Positions 11,810 through 22,963 are shown, counted from the stretch's first letter. The stretch: 24,603 nucleotides of DNA from Eledone cirrhosa (GCA_964016885.1 CAXHJY010000053.1:1-24603); one strand, 5' to 3'. Numbers and translations are program-made. Notes: a model not told the origin generated them from the sequence alone.

Positions 11810-11866
11810 GTTAAACCGGAAAAACGAAATCAGCACGTGACCTGAAAAAACTATATGACGTAATAG
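11810..11866. promoter_or_regulatory. Candidate TF motif cluster (ETS-like, E-box, CRE/PAR-bZIP)
   Basis: ACCGGAAA (11815-11822), CACGTGAC (11834-11841) and ATGACGTAAT (11855-11864) lie within about 50 bp. Confidence 0.4.
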
Positions 11867-12035
11867 TGTTTGCTTATTCTGTCTGTTTAAAAGTTGTTGC
11901 TGTTGTGATGGTGGTGTTGTTGTTGGTGTTGCTGTTGCAGTTGTTTGGTTAGTGGTGTTTGTGTTGTAATTGGTGGTGGCGTGGTGTTGGTGATGATGAT
12001 GATGGTGGTTGTATGGTGGTGTTAGTGGTATCTAC

Positions 12036-12953
12036 TGTACAGTACAGTAGTTAGTATTAGTGGCTACCAGACATAGTGTATCTAGGACTACATTATCTAA
12101 TGTACAGTACAGTAGTTAGTATTAGTGGCTATCAGACATAGTGTATCTAGGACTACATTATATAATGTACAGTACAGTAGTTAGTATTAGTGGCTATCAG
12201 ACATAGTATATCTAGGACTACATTATCCAATGTACAGTACAGTAGTTAGTATTAGTGGCTATCAGACATAGTGTATCTAGGACTACATTATCTAATGTAC
12301 AGTATTGTAGTTAGTATTAGTGGCTATCAGACATAGTGTATCTAGGACTACATTATCTAATGTACAGTACAGTAGTTAGTATTAGTGGCTATCAGACATA
12401 GTATATCTAGGACTACATTATCTAATGTACAGTACAGTAGTTAGTATTAGTGGCTATCAGACATAGTGTATCTAGGACTACATTATCTAATGTACAGTAC
12501 AGTAGTTAGTATTAGTGGCTATCAGACATAGTGTATCTAGGACTACATTATCTAATGTACAGTACAGTATTTAGTATTAGTGGCTATCAGACATAATATA
12601 TCTAGGACTACATTATATAATGTACAGTACAGTAGTTAGTATTAGTGGCTATCAGACATAGTATATCTAGGACTACATTATCCAATGTACAGTACAGTAG
12701 TTAGTATTAGTGGCTATCAGACATAATATATCTAGGACTACATTATATAATGTACAGTACAGTAGTTAGTATTAGTGGCTATCAGACATAGTATATCTAG
12801 GACTACATTATCCAATGTACAGTACAGTAGTTAGTATTAGTGGCTATCAGACATAGTGTATCTAGGACTACATTATCTAATGTACAGTACAGTAGTTAGT
12901 ATTAGTGGCTATCAGACATAGTGTATCTAGGACTACATTATTTAATGTACAGT
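12036..12953. repeat. 65-bp tandem repeat, 14 full copies plus a partial copy
   Basis: Unit TGTACAGTACAGTAGTTAGTATTAGTGGCTATCAGACATAGTGTATCTAGGACTACATTATCTAA starts at 12036 and every 65 bp to 12881. There are no indels and few substitutions. Confidence 0.98.
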
Positions 12954-12997
12954 GTAGTGTTTTAGTTGAGCTGATCCAAACGCACTAGAACCACAAA

Positions 12998-13455
<458 letters not shown>

Positions 13456-13748
13456 CATATCAAACGCAGTGATCCGTAGACGTTAATTTGATTATCTACT
13501 ACTTAAAAACACACAACGACCACAAACACCTGTATTATAAGCTAATACAACTCACCACCACCGCTGCATATATCAAACGCATTCCTTTCCTACTATTGCT
13601 ACTCTCTTACAAATTTCTCCTCCCACCACCGCCTCCGCATTCTGTGTCTGTGGTTGTTGTTGTTGTTGTTGTTGTTGTTGTTCATTGAACAGAAATACTC
13701 ATATTTTTCTAATTATAATTAGATTTTAGTTTTGTTCCGTTATGCAAT

Positions 13749-13978
13749 ATGTATGTATGTATGTATGTATGTATATACATATATATACATATATATATAT
13801 ACATATATATATATATACATATATATACATATTTATATATACATATATATACATACATATATATGCATACATATATATATACATATATATATACATATAT
13901 ATATATATATATGTATATATATACACAAATATATATATATGTATATATATACACAAATATATATACACATATATATAC

Positions 13979-14047
<69 letters not shown>
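13749..14047. repeat. (AT)n/(ATGT)n microsatellite
   Basis: Direct reading. Confidence 0.95.
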
Positions 14048-14050
<3 letters not shown>

Positions 14051-14127
14051 AACCGTCAAGTATGAAATTTGTAGAGATTTGTAGTAAAATAAAGCCATTT
14101 CTACAAATTTCATACTTGACGACCCAG
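14048..14127 (+). mobile_element. Miniature inverted-repeat element, family A copy 2
   Basis: CGTCAAGTATGAAATTTGTAGA and TCTACAAATTTCATACTTGACG are perfect reverse complements. TA repeats flank both sides. Homologous to 5997-6070. Confidence 0.75.
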
Positions 14128-14483
14128 TATATATGTATATGTATATGTATATGTATATATATATATACATATATATTATATATATATATGTGTATGTGTG
14201 TGTGTGTATATATTTATATATATATATATATATATACATACATATATCCCTCTTTATCTCGAAGTTTCTTTCCGTCGCTCGCTGGTGTGTGTCATCTCGT
14301 CACCGAGTCTCGTCACCGAGTCTCGTCACGACGCCAGTCACATGACGGTTTATCAGGATCCAGTGAGATTACAGACAAGATCAGTAGCGAGATTACATCA
14401 AAGAGAAGCTTAGAGATCTCGCTGAATATTCGCCAATCACGATGGTGGATTAATGGTTTGGTGTAGACAGACGGAGACACGGC

Positions 14484-14695
14484 GACAGGGTGACAGACAC
14501 ACAGACAGACATAGAGACAGACATAGAGACAGACAGACATAGAGACATAGAGACATAGTCGATCTCTGTCTCTATGTCTCTATGTCTCTATGTCTCTGTC
14601 TGTCTGTCTCTATGTCTGTCTGTCTGTCTGTCAGTCGATCTCTGTCTCTATGTCTCTGACAGATAGACAGGGTGACAGACAGACAGACAGACAAA
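14484..14695. repeat. Fold-back (GACATAGA)n/(TCTATGTC)n and (GACA)n repeat
   Basis: A purine-rich arm switches to its complement around TCGA at 14559-14562. Confidence 0.85.
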
Positions 14696-14715
14696 TATAT
14701 AGAGAGATAGATATG

Positions 14716-15119
14716 TTTCTTTTATTTGTCACTAGGGCATCAAAAGTGGGACAAGTACAAAGGGGGGAGTTTACAAAACAAGGCGTCCTCAATAAGGAGG
14801 AGGCAATAACAAAATATAAAAATAAAATAAGATATAACAAAAAATAAAATTTTTAACAAAATCCTCAATAGAGAGGAGGCGCCTTGGGGGGTCGCACACA
14901 CCCCCGAAAAAAGTGTGCAACCCTTCTCCTCAGGAGCACAGAGAAGGGGTGCTCCCTTGGTCTTTCATCTTCCTCACCTATAGTCTGATGTAGAGTGAAG
15001 GCCCATTCACACGGGCCATTCTCGCCACTTTCACCCATCTTTCATAGAAACGGCTGGGGTGCAGCACCTCTCTCTCCATCCTGATCCTTCTTCCGAAATG
15101 ATATCGGAAGAAACGGACC

Positions 15120-15121
<2 letters not shown>
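14716..15121 (-). mobile_element. 5'-truncated non-LTR retrotransposon (probably L1/Tx1 clade): ORF2 C-terminus plus 3' UTR
   Basis: The minus strand reads LVRFFRYHFGRRIRMEREVLHPSRFYERWVKVARMARVNGPSLYIRL*, with a basic/aromatic F..RW ending like L1/Tx1 ORF2 C-termini. A U-rich UTR and AATAAA (14721-14726, minus) follow, running into microsatellite. Confidence 0.7.
14978..15121 (-). pseudogene. LINE ORF2 C-terminal coding remnant (47 codons plus stop)
   Basis: One of the few non-repetitive, protein-like translations in the ORF track (tail of 14978..15466). It is truncated upstream by (GATA)n. Confidence 0.6.
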
Positions 15122-15167
<46 letters not shown>

Positions 15168-15245
15168 TTCTTTATTAGCCCCAAGGGCGCACAATAAGAA
15201 GAGACAAAACAAATACACAAGCCGGGGATTTTACATGCAGTCGTT
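15121..15245 (-). mobile_element. Second LINE 3' end with (TCTA)n tail
   Basis: The minus strand ends GCCCTTGGGGCTAATAAAGAAA(TCTA)n, similar to the neighbouring element's GCCCTAGTGACAAATAAAAGAAA. Confidence 0.6.
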
Positions 15246-15246
15246 G

Positions 15247-15292
15247 TATATGTATATATATTTATATATACATATATATATATATTATATAT

Positions 15293-15330
<38 letters not shown>

Positions 15331-15580
15331 CATATATACATATATACATATACATATATATACATATACATATACATATATATACATATACATATACATA
15401 TATACATATATATAAACACAAACACACACACACACATATATATGTACAAACATATACACAAACCACTTAAATACTTACACACACACACACACACACCACA
15501 CCCACACCTTCCCACCTTACACAGCACCACACCCTGTACACACCACACTCACACCTTCCACCACCTCCAACACACACCTT
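15247..15580. repeat. (AT)n/(ATATAC)n grading into CA/CCA-rich low-complexity sequence
   Basis: Direct reading. Confidence 0.9.
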
Positions 15581-15831
15581 AACACCTCATTTAACCAATA
15601 ACATCAACACCATCATACGAAGTCTTGTCACTCTACATATTATCAGCTTCATGTCTTTTAGCAAAATTCCTTCCTTGAAAAAATCTTTATAAAAAACCAT
15701 TCCACAAACTCATGTAAAAAACCTCAGCGTTCTCCTTCGTCGTTTGCATAGTTTCCGATTTATAGTCGGTTTTTTTCGTTAAATTCCGTATATCACTTAA
15801 GAAATTTCTTAGAAAATTATATAAACACTCT

Positions 15832-16211
15832 TACATATATATATGTGTGTGTGTGTGTATATATATATTCGTGTGTGTATGAGTATATGTGTGCGTGTGT
15901 GTGTGTATGTATGGAAGTGTTTGGATATGAGTGTATTGAAGTGTGTAGATGTGTGTGTGTGTATATATATTTATGTGTGTGCATATATTTGTGTGTGTAT
16001 GAGTAGATGTGTGTGTGTGTGTGCGGAAGTGTTTAGATGTGTGTGTGTGTTTTATGTATGTATATATGTATATTTGTGTATATATATGTGTGTGTATATA
16101 CATATATATATATGTATGTATATATATAAATATATATATATATATATGTATATATATGTATATAAATATGTATATATATATATTCAAAAATTTCTCTAAT
16201 ATATATACCCG

Positions 16212-16246
<35 letters not shown>

Positions 16247-16367
16247 TAAAATTTAGGGTATATCACGTGACTGCCAGATATGAGGTTTGCAGCAGATGCC
16301 GGGTACCTCCAGAACAAAAACATATACATATATATACATATATATACACACACACATATATATATGC

Positions 16368-16433
<66 letters not shown>

Positions 16434-16673
16434 AAAAAAAATATATATATATATATATGGATATATAAACGCATTTGACACATACATACTTATATACGCA
16501 CAAACACTTAAGACTATATATATATACACACGGATTTACACACACATACATGCATATATACATACACTTATATATATATATATATATATATATACACGCA
16601 CACGCACGCACATATGCACCTATATATCTCTCTCTCTATATATATATATACAGACACACACACACATAAACAC

Positions 16674-16722
<49 letters not shown>

Positions 16723-16859
16723 TATATACGTATATATATATATATATACACACTTTCCACGAAATTACACAGTACCATTGTGAAATGTACGATTGATGTG
16801 ACATATTAAACAGGCTTTTAAGACCAAATTTAAACTGAATGCACACACATTAACGTGTG

Positions 16860-16892
<33 letters not shown>

Positions 16893-16929
16893 GTTCGTAT
16901 ATATATATATATGTATATACATACATATT

Positions 16930-16980
<51 letters not shown>

Positions 16981-17157
16981 GTGTGTTTGTATATATATAT
17001 ATATATATACACATATGTATATATATATATATATATATGCACATATGTATATATATATGTATATACATATATATATATATATGTGTGTGTATATATATAT
17101 ATACACGTACATTTGTTTCAGTATATGTTTATCTGAATTTAAAACTGTACGTGTCTG

Positions 17158-17189
<32 letters not shown>

Positions 17190-17224
17190 CACCCCTCTCA
17201 CTCTATATATATATTATATACATA

Positions 17225-17271
<47 letters not shown>

Positions 17272-17329
17272 ATATATGTTTCTATATATTTAAATATGTA
17301 TATATCTAGATTTTGTGATACAAACGTGC

Positions 17330-17414
<85 letters not shown>

Positions 17415-17554
17415 TGTGTGGGGGGCTGGGGTGGGGGGTAATTGGTTCTATTTCCCGGTCTGTTGTCTCAGAGCAGGGAAACGTTTAAAATTCTTTAGAT
17501 TCATTTTCAAGAATACCAGACCCACCAAACATACAAACATACATATATACATAC

Positions 17555-17618
<64 letters not shown>

Positions 17619-17666
17619 TTATTTTTATATATACAAATATATATTTATATATATATACATATTTAT

Positions 17667-17732
<66 letters not shown>

Positions 17733-17742
17733 GTATACACAC

Positions 17743-17773
<31 letters not shown>

Positions 17774-17920
17774 CATATGTATACACCCATATATATATAT
17801 ATTTATATATATATATATACATATGTATATATATATATATACATATATATATTTATATATATATACATATGTATACACACATATATATATATATATTTAT
17901 ATATATATATACATATGTAT

Positions 17921-17972
<52 letters not shown>

Positions 17973-18088
17973 GTATACACACATATATACATATTTATAT
18001 ATTTACACGTGTATGTAAAAAATCTATATATTTAAAATGAACATACATGCATACTCGCGTGCATTTACAAGCACACACACATACGTCT

Positions 18089-18133
<45 letters not shown>

Positions 18134-18230
18134 CATATATACATATATATATACACTTGTGATACAGTTAAGTAATTATTTTATATGTCTAGACGTTCGT
18201 CTGTACACATCTTATACATACATATATACG

Positions 18231-18272
<42 letters not shown>

Positions 18273-18325
18273 TGTATATTTACACACACACACATATATA
18301 TATGTATTTATATACACGTGTGTGT
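15832..18325. repeat. Compound (AT)n/(GT)n/(AC)n region with short unique spacers
   Basis: Direct reading. ACATATGTATACAC recurs from about 17727 to 17980. Confidence 0.85.
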
Positions 18326-18579
18326 GTGCGCATGACAGACAGTTTGAGAGGAGATTTGTGACACTTCTCTGTCTTCGTAGGCAGAAAAAAATAAAATATA
18401 TTTTTTAATAAAATTTAATGTATCTAACGTGCTGACGTCTTCAGAGTTTTGACGGATTGGTAGAGCTTCCAACTCTATGTATTGTGTCTTTCTAGGGACT
18501 GTGTTGAGAAATAAACCACATTTCGTTATTCCATGAGAGTATCTTACATTCATATATATATACATATATATATATATAT

Positions 18580-18667
18580 GTATATATATATATGTATATA
18601 TGTAAATATATATATATATATATGTGTGTGTATGTATGTATATATATATATTCATATACACACAGAT

Positions 18668-18736
<69 letters not shown>

Positions 18737-18797
18737 TCTGTGTGTATATGAATATATATATATACATACACACACATATATATATATATATATTTAC

Positions 18798-18820
<23 letters not shown>
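18580..18820. repeat. Long near-perfect palindrome centred at 18695/18696
   Basis: ATTCATATACACACAGATATC(TC)n-TATATATATA-(GA)nGATATCTGTGTGTATATGAAT; outer TGTAAATA (18601) mirrors TATTTACA (18791). Confidence 0.9.
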
Positions 18821-18848
<28 letters not shown>

Positions 18849-18858
18849 AGTTCTCGCA

Positions 18859-18890
<32 letters not shown>

Positions 18891-19085
18891 ACATACACAC
18901 ACACACACAGAACGACAGACAAGGAAAGAGAGAAAGAGAGAGCTAGGGGTGTCGGTGGGGCTGACAGTAACATTGTGAATATAATATATTTATCCCTGGG
19001 AGGTCAGGGAGTTTGTAGACATTAATTATACGGAGTTGTCAATGAAATACAAAGATGACCGCAGGATTCACTCTTCAGCTGATAA

Positions 19086-19185
19086 ACTTACGGTCGCCAT
19101 TGCAAGACTTTCCGTCTTATCTGATTGGGAGCGGGAAAAAGACGTGCGAGAACGCTATCGAGTTGGACGCCATTTTGTTTTGGAC
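19086..19185 (-). other. Candidate first exon or promoter-proximal island (minus strand)
   Basis: CpG-rich island. The minus strand has CAAAATGGCG (YY1/Kozak-like, ATG at 19173) and ATGGCGACC|GTAAGT (ATG at 19100, donor 19091-19086). No downstream exon was found. Confidence 0.3.
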
Positions 19186-19195
19186 TTTGTATTGG

Positions 19196-19317
19196 CGTGT
19201 GTGTTTGTTAGTGTGTTAATTATGTGGGTGTTTGTGTGTTTGTGTGTGTTTGTGTGTGTTTGTTTATGTGTGTGTGTTAGTGTGCGTGTGTGTTGTGTTA
19301 GCGTTTGTGTTTGTGTG

Positions 19318-19349
<32 letters not shown>

Positions 19350-19353
19350 TATA

Positions 19354-19402
<49 letters not shown>

Positions 19403-19411
19403 ATATACATG

Positions 19412-19447
<36 letters not shown>

Positions 19448-19560
19448 TTGTATATACACATATATACATATATATATATATATATATACATATGTATATA
19501 TATATGTATATATATATATACATGTATATATATATGGATATATACATATATATACAAGTA

Positions 19561-19601
<41 letters not shown>

Positions 19602-19646
19602 TATGTGTGAGAGTCCGCCTCTGCGTTATTACGTGTGTAAGTGCCC

Positions 19647-19678
<32 letters not shown>

Positions 19679-19703
19679 GTATGTATCTATGTGTGTATGT
19701 ATG

Positions 19704-19770
<67 letters not shown>

Positions 19771-19852
19771 TGTGTGTGACAATCTATTATCCAGTGTTGA
19801 AAGTTTAAAGAGAGATAGTTGAGAGGGAGAGAGAGTGAGAGAGAGAGGCAGG

Positions 19853-19886
<34 letters not shown>

Positions 19887-19953
19887 GAAACAGAGAGAGA
19901 GAGAGAGAGAGATAGAAACAGAGAGAGAGAGAGTGAGAGAGAGAGGCAGAAAC

Positions 19954-19985
<32 letters not shown>

Positions 19986-20015
19986 GGGGGGGTAGAAACA
20001 GAGAGAGAGAGAGAG

Positions 20016-20049
<34 letters not shown>

Positions 20050-20090
20050 GCAGAAACAGACAGATAGATAGAGAGAGAGAGGGGTAGAGA
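19196..20090. repeat. Compound (GT)n/(AT)n/(GA)n microsatellite
   Basis: Direct reading. The GA tract is punctuated by recurring AGAAAC. Confidence 0.9.
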
Positions 20091-20104
20091 GGAGGGGGAA
20101 GATT

Positions 20105-20160
20105 GCTACGGCAGGAAGCGGAAGTGAGCGACGTGGGGCGGTGAGGGGGTGGGGTGTGAG
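20105..20160. promoter_or_regulatory. Candidate promoter motif cluster (ETS x2, GC box)
   Basis: CAGGAAG (20112-20118) overlaps GCGGAAGTG (20118-20126), followed by GGGGCGG (20135-20141). Confidence 0.35.
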
Positions 20161-20197
20161 GATTACGAATGTAATTGATAATAGATACAGGGGAAAG

Positions 20198-20860
20198 GAT
20201 GATGGTGATGATGGCGTTCGTGGTGATGGTGATGGTGATGGTGATGGTGATGGTGGTGGTGGTGGTGGTGGTGATGGTGGTGGTGGTGGTGGTGGTGGTG
20301 ATGGTGATGGTGATGGTGATGATGGTGGTGGTGGTGGTGGTGGTGGTGGTGGTGGTGATGGTGATGGTGATGGTGGTGGTGATGGTGGTGATGGTGGTGG
20401 TGGTGGTGATGGTGATGGTGATGGTGATGGTGGTGGTGGTGGTGGTGGTGGTGGTGGTGGTGGTGGTGGTGATGGTGATGATGATGGTGATGATGGTGAT
20501 GGTGGTGGTGGTGATGGTGATGGTGATGGTGGTGGTGATGGTGGTGGTGATGGTGGTGGTGGTGGTGATGGTGATGGTGGTGGTGGTGGTGATGGTGATG
20601 ATGGTGGTGGTGGTGATGGTGATGGTGATGGTGGTGGTGATGGTGGTGGTGGTGGTGGTGGTGGTGATGGTGATGGTGGTGGTGATGGTGATGATGATGG
20701 TGGTGGTGGTGATGGTGATGGTGGTGGTGGTGGTGGTGATGGTGATGGTGATGGTGATGGTGGTGGTGATGGTGGTGGTGGTGGTGATGGTGGTGGTGGT
20801 GGTGGTGGTGGTGGTGGTGGTGGTGATGGCGTTCGTGGTGGTGGTGGTGATGGTGATGGT
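20198..20860. repeat. (GGT/GAT)n trinucleotide tract
   Basis: In-phase mixture of GGT and GAT triplets, bounded by GATGGCGTTCGTGGTG at 20210 and 20825. Confidence 0.95.
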
Positions 20861-20936
20861 TATAAAGAATGTTCTAAAAGAAAAAATATCAATTATAGAA
20901 GGTAAAACAACAACACCACCAGCTCTCTCTCTCTCA

Positions 20937-20967
<31 letters not shown>

Positions 20968-21060
20968 CCTCTTTCTACTCAGATATATATATATATGTGT
21001 GTGTGTGTTTCTCTCTATTTTTCTGTTGTTTTCTTTCTTTCTCTCCATCTACCCCCTCCC

Positions 21061-21114
<54 letters not shown>

Positions 21115-21278
21115 ATATTTAATAAATGGAAACTATATTTATAAAAGCATATTTATTCTAGTATATATATTTCAAGGGCACCAAAACTTTGGTACGCTTT
21201 CATCAGATAAAATATGAAGTGTGTTTTATAAATGTTGACATAACCAAGGAAAAAATACCTTAACCGTTCAAGTTCTCG

Positions 21279-21357
<79 letters not shown>

Positions 21358-21489
21358 GTAAAAAATTGAACGGGAACAAAACAGAGGCAGTACGAACAAA
21401 GGTGTATTAGTTTCGTGGTAGTACCACTACCACGAACACCATCACCACCACCATCACTACCGCCGCCGCCAACAACAACAACAACAATT

Positions 21490-21660
21490 CAACAAAACAA
21501 AATGGCCGCCGTAAGATGAACGGAGTTTTGGCACGGAGATCAGCGACGTCAGAGGTCACGTGAGTAATGGAATATAATAGATGGGAGTGGTCAGATGGTT
21601 AGATGGAGATATAAGTATGTTATCATCAGGGGGGCGGGGGTTGGAGTGTGGATTGGTTGG
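21490..21660 (+). promoter_or_regulatory. Candidate regulatory or first-exon island
   Basis: AAAATGGCCG (21499-21508), GACGTCA (21545-21551), GGTCACGTGA (21554-21563), GGGGCGGGG (21631-21639) and reverse CCAAT (21652-21656), plus donor-like GTAAGA (21511) and GTGAGT (21560). Confidence 0.4.
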
Positions 21661-22040
21661 TTGGGTGGTTAAATGGTTGGATGGTTTGTTGGTTGGTTAG
21701 TTGGTTGGTTGGACGGTTAAATGGATGGTTTGGTTGGTTGGACTAAATGGATGGTCAGATGGTATGCTAGAGATATAGGTATTTAACGGCATGGTTGGTG
21801 GAAGGTTGGGTGGTTGGATGGTTGAGGCTGATGGTTGGTTAAATGGTTAAATGTTTGTTTGGATGGTTTGATGGTTGTTTACTTGGCTGGTAGGTTGCTT
21901 GGTTAAATGGTTGCTTGGCTAGATGGTTGGATGGTTAGCTCGTTGGAGGGATAGTTGGATGGTTTGATGGTTGGTTAAATGGTTGGATGGCGCGCTGGTT
22001 GGTTGTTTGGCTGGATGGTTGAATGGTTAGATGGTTAAAG
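21650..22040. repeat. Degenerate (GGTT)/(GGAT) repeat
   Basis: Recurring TGGTTGG, ATGGTT and GGTTAAATGG. Confidence 0.85.
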
Positions 22041-22289
22041 GGGAACACGAGTTCGAGTTGACATTAAAATACGAGAGAGATATAAATCTATTTATTTACT
22101 AAAATGGCGGACATTTTAGATATTTTGAAGTATGTCTTTATGTGGTTTGGTTTGGTTTGGTTCGAGTTTCATTGGGGTCGTGGTGGTGGTGGTGGTGGTG
22201 GTGGGTGCTAGAGAGAGAAAGAGAGTGAGAGGGGGGGGAGAAGTACTGTATGTGTGTGTTTAGGGGTGAGTGTTAATATATGAAGATAA

Positions 22290-22569
22290 ATATATATATG
22301 CATATATATGTGTGTGTATATATGTATATATATATATATATATACATATACATACATATATAAATATATATATATATAATATAGATACATACATACATAT
22401 ATATATACATATATATATATATAATATATAGATATATATATAGATATATATATAGATATATATATAGATATATATATAGATATATATATAGATATATATA
22501 GATATATATATATATAGATACATATATATATATATATTATATATACATATATATATATATAATATATAT

Positions 22570-22600
<31 letters not shown>

Positions 22601-22609
22601 TAGATACAT

Positions 22610-22652
<43 letters not shown>

Positions 22653-22653
22653 G

Positions 22654-22697
<44 letters not shown>

Positions 22698-22701
22698 GAT
22701 T

Positions 22702-22756
<55 letters not shown>

Positions 22757-22963
22757 GATACATACATATATATATATATAATATATAGATACATACATAT
22801 ATATATATATATAATATATAGATTCATACATATATATATATATAATATATAGATACATACATATATATATACATATATATATATAATATATAGATACATA
22901 CATATATATATACATATATATATATAATATATAGATATATATATAGATATATATAATATATAG

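Noticed and set aside
11775-11850. Minus-strand exon after the acceptor-like TTTTTTCAG at about 11842-11850
   Set aside because: All three frames reach a stop within about 45 nt, so it cannot continue the candidate MAT exon as coding sequence.
12036-12953. CRISPR array
   Set aside because: Units are contiguous 65-bp copies with no unique spacers, no cas genes are present, and the context is eukaryotic.
21650-22040. Telomeric repeat
   Set aside because: The units are irregular GGTT/GGAT, not tandem TTAGGG or TTAGG.
22040-22175. tRNA gene or Pol III unit suggested by GTTCGAG motifs
   Set aside because: No A box at a suitable distance and no cloverleaf stems.
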